DNA of 64,000 nt, taken from positions 64,001-128,000 of the forward strand of contig JBGAIQ010000004.1 in assembly GCA_044225365.1 (NCBI GenBank), written 5' to 3'. Shown here in pieces: positions 58,118 through 64,000 of the stretch. The DNA is from Planctomycetota bacterium. Its GTDB lineage: Bacteria; Planctomycetota; B15-G4; JADJEK01. Below the pieces are notes generated by a model, which was not told the origin of the DNA, ran no database searches, and saw nothing but the letters and a program-made list of their open reading frames with translations. Position 1 is the first letter of the stretch, and each line of letters starts with the position of its first letter. The position numbers and the translations under genes were made by a program.

Positions 58118-59554
58118 ATGACCATGCGCCGGATCTTCGCCCTCTCTTCCGCGGCCTTGCTCTCGTCGTGTCTCGCGTTCGAGTGCGCGGCACAGGTGCG
58201 ACTCACCTTCGTGAAGACGATCGACCTCGCTCCGGTGACGACGAATCCTGCGTCGCCGTCGTACATCGGCACGAATCCCTCCGCGGTCGCGTTCGCTGCC
58301 GGTGAGATCTACGTCGCGGGTTTCAACAGCGGCAACGCGGCGGGCAACGTCGGCATCGTCCATCATCTCAAGGTGCAGTCGGGCGGCTCCGACTTCGGCC
58401 CGGCGCTGGGCGTGAAGCTCGCGCCGATCGCGCGTGGCTACTCCGGCCTCGACATCGATTCGAAGGCCGGGACTTTGTTCGCAGCGTACGATCCGGGTAC
58501 GACCGATCCCGATGGGATCACCGCGTGGAACGGTCTTACCGGCGTGAAGCTGTGGGCCAAGGCCGCACGCGGCAGCAGCGGCAATGCCGTCGACCCCGGC
58601 TTCACGGGCGGCAATCCGGCGCTCGGCAAGGGCCTGGGATGGCTCACGCTGAGCGCGGCCGGACGAGCGCTGCAGAACAAGACGAGCGGCGTCGACATCT
58701 GGTCGACAGCGAACGGGATGTCGCTGGCGACGCCGCAGGGCCTGTTCTTCCGCGATCTCGCATTCGACGACATCACCGGCGACGTCTGGGCGCGCGCGGG
58801 CAACAACGTGCTGCACGGCGCCCGCAGCGGTGACAATCAACTGACGACGGTGTCGACGGCCTACGACTCCGTTCCGAACGCCGATTTCGTCAACGGCCAG
58901 AACCTTGCGTTCTGCCGCACGAAGTTCGGCGCGTTCGTGATCTTCAACGACCGCTCACAGACGACCCCGAATCAACCGCTGAAGAGCGTGTTGAAGGCGA
59001 TCCGCGAAGATGGCTCGAGCGTGCCGATCGATTTCGGCGCCTTCAACGCGCAGGACGGCAACGGGTACTACGACTTCGGCTACGACTCGAAGAGCGGCCT
59101 TCTCGTCGTCCTCGACTTCTACAACCGCAAGCTCTACCAGTTCCAGGCGACGCTGGTGCCCTTCGTCACGTACGGCCACGGCTGCGCGGGCTTCGGCGGT
59201 TTCGTACCCGAGTTGTCGTTCTTCGGCGATCCGGTCGAAGGCAACAACGTGCAGCTCACGATCGCGAAGGGCCTGCCGGGCGCTTCCGCCATCGTGTTGC
59301 TCGGACTCGGCCCTGCTGCCTCGCCCCTCGTGAATGGCTGCACGCTGAACCTCTCGTTCGTGTTGCCCTCGGCCCTCGGACCGCTCCCTCTCTTCGGATC
59401 GACTCCCGGCACGGGGACGATCACCGTCGGCGGACCGATCCCTGCCGGGGCCGCCGGCGCGACGATCTACTTCCAGGCCTTCATCCCCGACACCCACGTC
59501 TTCCAGGGATATTCGAACACGGCGGGAGTGAAGGTGCCGATCTTCGCGCCGTGA
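58118..59554 (+). CDS. Secreted beta-rich protein with YGxGC C-terminal domain
   Basis: GGAG RBS; signal peptide; propeller-like segments (NPSAVAF...IYVAG, FRDLAFDDITGDVW); C-terminal ~130 aa resemble those of the 49660 protease. Confidence 0.78.
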   Translation: MTMRRIFALSSAALLSSCLAFECAAQVRLTFVKTIDLAPVTTNPASPSYIGTNPSAVAFAAGEIYVAGFNSGNAAGNVGIVHHLKVQSGGSDFGPALGVKLAPIARGYSGLDIDSKAGTLFAAYDPGTTDPDGITAWNGLTGVKLWAKAARGSSGNAVDPGFTGGNPALGKGLGWLTLSAAGRALQNKTSGVDIWSTANGMSLATPQGLFFRDLAFDDITGDVWARAGNNVLHGARSGDNQLTTVSTAYDSVPNADFVNGQNLAFCRTKFGAFVIFNDRSQTTPNQPLKSVLKAIREDGSSVPIDFGAFNAQDGNGYYDFGYDSKSGLLVVLDFYNRKLYQFQATLVPFVTYGHGCAGFGGFVPELSFFGDPVEGNNVQLTIAKGLPGASAIVLLGLGPAASPLVNGCTLNLSFVLPSALGPLPLFGSTPGTGTITVGGPIPAGAAGATIYFQAFIPDTHVFQGYSNTAGVKVPIFAP

Positions 59555-59699
59555 AGCGAGGGGCGTCGGGTTCGGACGCCGGCCGTAACGGCCAGCGGTG
59601 GCTGCGATCGACGGCCAGCGACCTGTCCGCGCGAAAGTAGGGGTCGACGGCTGTCGAGCTGTGCAGAACGGAGTGGTCGTGTCACGGGGAAGAACAGAG

Positions 59700-59788
59700 C
59701 CAGAGCCGCGCTGGAGCGCGGCGGTCCACCCAGAGCCGCGCTGGAGCGCGGCGGTCCACCCAGAGCCGCGCTGGAGCGCGGCGGTCCA
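59700..59788. repeat. Three tandem 30-bp REP-like units
   Basis: CCAGAGCCGCGCTGGAGCGCGGCGGTCCA(C) x3; palindromic core GCCGCGCT-GG-AGCGCGGC; lies between convergent genes. Confidence 0.92.
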
Positions 59789-59791
59789 GGC

Positions 59792-61897
59792 CTACCAAAG
59801 GCGACGGTCGCGCTCGGTGAACGTCTCGGGTTGCAGCCGCGGATACAGCGAGACGCCGCTCACGCCGAGTCCGGCGTAGATCTCCACGGGGACACCGTGA
59901 TGTTCGCCGCGATAGGTTTCGGCGCGACCCGCGACGTATCGCCACTGCCATTCGTCCGCGAGCGCCGACGCTCGACGCGACTGTTCGGGAGAGAGCGCGA
60001 TCGTTCGCACTTCCGTCTTTCCGGCGTCTCGCACCTGGCAGAACGCCCGATCTCCGACGATCTCGATTCGCGAGGGCTCGACCTCGCCGTCGCGCGAGTC
60101 GCCGTTGCAAAGCCGCGCCTCGATCGCCAGATTCGGAATGAACTCCATCGCGACGGACAGCGGGATCGGCCGCGCGTCGTCGGGAATGGTCATCTTGGCG
60201 AGTTCCGCATGGGCGCGCGCGGACCAATCGGTGTTCGGCAGCGCGTTCTTCAGCCACTCGAGCCGACTGCGGCGCACTGCGCGCGGAACCTCCTCGTCGA
60301 GCATCGCGTCAACGAGCCTCTTCTCGACGCGACTCGTCTCCGACGCACTCGCTCCGGCCTCGCGCAGAGCGAGAAGCGCCTTCCAGTGGTCCGCGCGATT
60401 CTCGTAACGACCCGCGAGATCCACGAGCACGGTCTTCCGCGCCGGGTGATCCGGCTCTCGCCGCGCGAACCTCGCCTCGGCGTCGATCACCGGATGATCG
60501 TCGATCGGATTGCCGAAGGCGGAGTAGCCGGCCCGCACGAGCGTCGCCGGGATCCAGAGGATCGGCACCAGGTAGTCGAGCCAGATTCGCGTCTCGGCGC
60601 GCCGCGCTTCGGTGTACTGCCCGAGAGGATCGGGATCCTCCCGCCTACCGGTGAAGACGAAGCGCCAAGCTGCGCGCGAACGTGCGGCCTTCACGTCGGT
60701 GATCTCGCGGAATGGCGCGAGGTCGGGTTGTTCGAGGCGCGCCTTCGATCGGCTTGCGGTGGTCGTTCGATCGTACTTCGTGACGTGTGACTCCAGCGAC
60801 GACGCGCCGCTGCGACCGATGCGACCGACTCGGCGCAGCGCGTCGGCGTAGTCGATCACGCGCTCGAACTCCTGAAGGTCGCCGATGCCATAGAAGCGAA
60901 GCGCGCCGCGCGGAGTCGCCATCGCGCTCTCGTTGCGGGAGAGATAGGCCTCGACGTATGCCGGGTAGACCTTCTTCAGCATCGAGTCGGTGACGAGTCG
61001 GCTCTCGATCGGCGCCACCGCGAGCGCATCTTCGAGGCGCTTCGCCATCTCCTTCGCCCGCGCTTCGATCGCGGACCTTGCTTCGTGGATCTCGTCGCGG
61101 CGAACCTCGAGCATCTCCGCGACGCGAAGATGTGCGAGCGCGGTCGACAGATCGTCGCGATCGAGGGCGCGCCGCGATAGCCATAGTTCCTCGCGCGCGG
61201 TCTGATCGTGCACCTTGGCGATGCGCCGAGTCAGGCTTGCGTCGAGTTCGGGCTCGAGCCCTTCGAGCCGCAGTCGCCGCTCGAGCGCGAGCCTTGCGCG
61301 ATCCCGCGGATCGATCGGCAAGCCGTTCAGGACGCCCTCGATCCCGACGACGAGCGGCTGCAACGTTCCGACAGGATTGCCCGTGAGCGCCGCCGCAGCG
61401 GTCTGCACGATTCCGTCGAAGAAACCCGCGAAGGTCGAATAGACGCTGTCGGAATCGAGCGTTCGTGCGTACCAGACTGGATCGCGCTCGAGTGCCGCAT
61501 CGACGAGCCGGTTCGCGAGATCGTCGCCGGGAATCGAATGCTGCGCCTCGAGCGCGGCGATGCGGGACTCTCGATCGTGGTCGTCGGCGGCGCGCAGGAG
61601 GAGGAGCGCGCGCTCGAGACCACAGGAGGAATCGTTCGCGACGTCGCGCTCACGGACGAGACCCACGGCCTCGTCGATCGCCGTGCGGCGCGCATCGCCG
61701 TCATTGAGGAGCACGTTCTCGATCGCGGCGACGATCGTCTCGCGAGTCGGCCCGGGCGGCGGCTTCGGCGGACTCTTGGGTGCCGTAGCGGGTGTGGCGC
61801 GCTGAGCGTTCGCCGTCGCGGAAATGGCGAAGGCGAGCATGGCGAAAATCGCCAGGACCCGGCGACCGCTTTCAAATCGATCACGAGTCATCGGCAT
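59792..61897 (-). CDS. Exported helical hypothetical protein
   Basis: Signal peptide (RRVLAIFAMLAFAISATANA), Pro-rich linker, internal hydrophobic segments; 701 aa; no family recognised. Confidence 0.65.
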   Translation of the reverse strand: MPMTRDRFESGRRVLAIFAMLAFAISATANAQRATPATAPKSPPKPPPGPTRETIVAAIENVLLNDGDARRTAIDEAVGLVRERDVANDSSCGLERALLLLRAADDHDRESRIAALEAQHSIPGDDLANRLVDAALERDPVWYARTLDSDSVYSTFAGFFDGIVQTAAAALTGNPVGTLQPLVVGIEGVLNGLPIDPRDRARLALERRLRLEGLEPELDASLTRRIAKVHDQTAREELWLSRRALDRDDLSTALAHLRVAEMLEVRRDEIHEARSAIEARAKEMAKRLEDALAVAPIESRLVTDSMLKKVYPAYVEAYLSRNESAMATPRGALRFYGIGDLQEFERVIDYADALRRVGRIGRSGASSLESHVTKYDRTTTASRSKARLEQPDLAPFREITDVKAARSRAAWRFVFTGRREDPDPLGQYTEARRAETRIWLDYLVPILWIPATLVRAGYSAFGNPIDDHPVIDAEARFARREPDHPARKTVLVDLAGRYENRADHWKALLALREAGASASETSRVEKRLVDAMLDEEVPRAVRRSRLEWLKNALPNTDWSARAHAELAKMTIPDDARPIPLSVAMEFIPNLAIEARLCNGDSRDGEVEPSRIEIVGDRAFCQVRDAGKTEVRTIALSPEQSRRASALADEWQWRYVAGRAETYRGEHHGVPVEIYAGLGVSGVSLYPRLQPETFTERDRRLW

Positions 61898-61917
61898 CCA
61901 TCCGATCGAACGGCGAT

Positions 61918-62280
61918 CTACTTGCCGACACTCTGCTTCATGTTCTCGAGGTACTTCCGGTAGGTCGGCCGTGAGAGCAACTTGTTCTGCACGACGTGGA
62001 TCGCACTCGCGACTTCACCCTTGTCCATCGGATGCATCTCGGGGAGCGCGAAGAACGCTCCCGCGGCTTCGGCCAAGTGGCGCCAGCAATCCGCTTCGCC
62101 CTCGGTCATTCCGGCTCCGATCACGAATTCACGGTCCTTGTCGAGATCGACGCCATCCTCGAGCTTCTTGCCGTCGTCGGCCTTCGCCACCGCGATTTCC
62201 GGCAGGGTCGCGGCGCCCGCGATCACGCCCGCGAGCGCGAGCATGTTGCGGCGTGTGAGATCTTCGTTCGAATCGGTCAT
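61918..62280 (-). CDS. Small Tat-signal protein
   Basis: GAGGGA RBS; LTRRNMLALAGV Tat motif; helical domain with LPEMHPMD...AIHVVQ. Confidence 0.7.
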   Translation of the reverse strand: MTDSNEDLTRRNMLALAGVIAGAATLPEIAVAKADDGKKLEDGVDLDKDREFVIGAGMTEGEADCWRHLAEAAGAFFALPEMHPMDKGEVASAIHVVQNKLLSRPTYRKYLENMKQSVGK

Positions 62281-62308
62281 CTTTCGTCCCTCGCAGCGGC
62301 GGGCACGT

Positions 62309-64000
62309 TCAATTCGCCATCACGACGCCGAGGCCCTTCTTCTCGAGGTCGGCCGGGAAGTCGCGGGCCGAGAGGACGACCACCTCGGGAAGGCTGCGCT
62401 CGAACTCCTCGCGGAGCGGCCAGCGCAGTTCGGCGAAGCGCACGAGTAGCACCGGCGGCCGCAGCATGTGGCGCGCGGGGCTGATCGTCTTCTTCGCGGC
62501 ATCGGAGATGTTCATGCGCAGTTCTTCGAAGGCCGGCGTGCCGGGACGCGCCGAGAGCAGGGCTTGCTCGAGATCGGGCTGCAGGTAGTAGAACTCGACG
62601 GTCCGACCATCGGTTCCCGCGAAGCGCGAGTAGAGCGCCCGCTTCAGATTCTGTCGCACCGACTCGCCGACTTCCTCCGCTGCCTTCCGCTCGTGCGGCC
62701 ATCGCGCCATCGCTTCGAGGATCGCGCGGAGATCTCCGATCGGTACCTGTTCGCGCAGAAGGTGCTTCAAGACGTCGGAAACCTGCTGCAATGTGAACTT
62801 CTTCGGATACACCGCCTGCACCAGTTCCGGCCACTTCTGTTCGAGAGCCTTCAGCAGGATGTGCGTTTCCTGCAGTCCGAGGAAGACGTGCAGATTGCGG
62901 CGAATGGCGACGTCGATGCTCATGAGGAACATGCTGAACGCCGACCACTTGATGTCGACGTTCTCGTCGAGAGCGTCCTTCACCTTCTCGTTCGGCACGA
63001 GGCGCACGGTCAGTCGCTTTCCGGGGAGCGGAACGTCCTCGCAGTCGATATCGGCTTGTTCCTTCAACTCCGCCGCCGTCTTCATCGACGCGGTGAACCC
63101 GAGCTGATAACGACCGTGATAGATCGGACCGTCGAAGGCGTAGAGCACGTAGCCGTTCTGCGGGAGGCCCTGCCCGCGCGGAACGACCTCGATCGGCGGG
63201 ACCTGGAATCCGAATTCGTAGGTGAGCCTCTCCCGCATCTTGCGAAGCTCGATCTCGAGCGCGCGGCGCGGCTCGTCGAAGCGGTCCTTGCCGAAGATCG
63301 GAACCAGCGTCGCGTTGAACTCGACGACGAGCGGCGGCGGGATGAAGATGCCCCCGCTCCCACTCGCGCCCTCGCCATCCTTGCCATCCGGCTTCTGTTG
63401 CGGCTTCGGCGCGTTGTAGATGTCCTTCAGCAAGGGCTCGACGATCTTGCCGATGAACGACAACAGGAAGAGCGCGCTGCCGATGATGAGGAACGGCGGG
63501 CCGGGGAATCCGATGTCCTGGCTGAACGCAACGCACGCCGCGAGCAGGAAGAGGATTCCCGCGATGCGAAGCGCGCCCGGATTCTCGATGAACTGACGGA
63601 ACAGCTCCTGACCGAGGTTGCTCGGCTTCTCGTCGGTCGATTGCGCCACGCGCGTGACGGCGATGCCGGCCGCGACGCTCGTGAACAGCGCGGGGAGCTG
63701 CGACACGAGGCCGTCACCGATCGTGAGGATCGAATACGTTTGCGCCGCTTCGCCGGCACTCATCCCCATCTGCATCACGCCGATGATGAGGCCGCCGATG
63801 ATGTTGACGAGCGAGATGATGATGCCCGCGATGGCGTCGCCCTTCACGAACTTCATCGCGCCATCCATCGCGCCGTAGAGCTTGCTCTCCTTCTCGAGTT
63901 CACGGCGACGATTGCGCGCCTGCTCGGGAGTAATGAGGCCTTGCTGCAGGTCGAAGTCGATCGAGCTCTGCTTGCCCGGCATCGCATCGAGCGTAAACCG
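62309..64000 (-). CDS. sctV: Type III secretion export gate protein, SctV/LcrD-like (FHIPEP family); 5' end outside the window
   Basis: RFTLDAMPGKQ, LYGAMDGAMKFVKGDAIAG, YSILTIGDGLVSQLP, FLGLQET, VLKHLLREQVPIGDLRAILE, VRQNL, LPEVVVLS. Confidence 0.85.
   Translation of the reverse strand, partial: RFTLDAMPGKQSSIDFDLQQGLITPEQARNRRRELEKESKLYGAMDGAMKFVKGDAIAGIIISLVNIIGGLIIGVMQMGMSAGEAAQTYSILTIGDGLVSQLPALFTSVAAGIAVTRVAQSTDEKPSNLGQELFRQFIENPGALRIAGILFLLAACVAFSQDIGFPGPPFLIIGSALFLLSFIGKIVEPLLKDIYNAPKPQQKPDGKDGEGASGSGGIFIPPPLVVEFNATLVPIFGKDRFDEPRRALEIELRKMRERLTYEFGFQVPPIEVVPRGQGLPQNGYVLYAFDGPIYHGRYQLGFTASMKTAAELKEQADIDCEDVPLPGKRLTVRLVPNEKVKDALDENVDIKWSAFSMFLMSIDVAIRRNLHVFLGLQETHILLKALEQKWPELVQAVYPKKFTLQQVSDVLKHLLREQVPIGDLRAILEAMARWPHERKAAEEVGESVRQNLKRALYSRFAGTDGRTVEFYYLQPDLEQALLSARPGTPAFEELRMNISDAAKKTISPARHMLRPPVLLVRFAELRWPLREEFERSLPEVVVLSARDFPADLEKKGLGVVMAN

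Overview
High-GC bacterial chromosomal segment, most likely from a Planctomycetota genome. This is inferred from the DUF1501 + PSCyt/DUF1549/DUF1553 gene pair, a planctomycete-type Ser/Thr kinase and an ECF sigma factor fused to extracytoplasmic domains. It holds about 47 genes; no rRNA, tRNA, CRISPR array or transposase was recognised. Contents: end of a DUF4129/DUF4350 operon; a clostripain; a cobalamin riboswitch ahead of a secreted protein, a core methionine-synthase-like gene and a VOC gene; an apparently exported TldD/TldE pair; ECF and FliA-like sigma factors; an FHA/sigma/kinase module; proline dehydrogenase and gluQ; a chemosensory cluster (MCP, cheA/W/R/D/B, STAS) with no cheY and a Ser-to-Cys CheB; transketolase; egtBD; a thermolysin/fungalysin-like secreted protease; a vanadium haloperoxidase-like lipoprotein; and the 3' part of an injectisome-type sctV. 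Non-coding features are two REP-like repeat families and a 168-bp MITE-like element. The best candidates for new biology are: (1) a shared Cys-containing C-terminal domain on unrelated secreted proteins, a possible uncharacterised sorting signal; (2) the B12-riboswitch-led locus; (3) a non-flagellar T3SS export gate in a probable planctomycete; (4) the atypical chemosensory cluster. All calls are by eye from motifs; no database searches were run.
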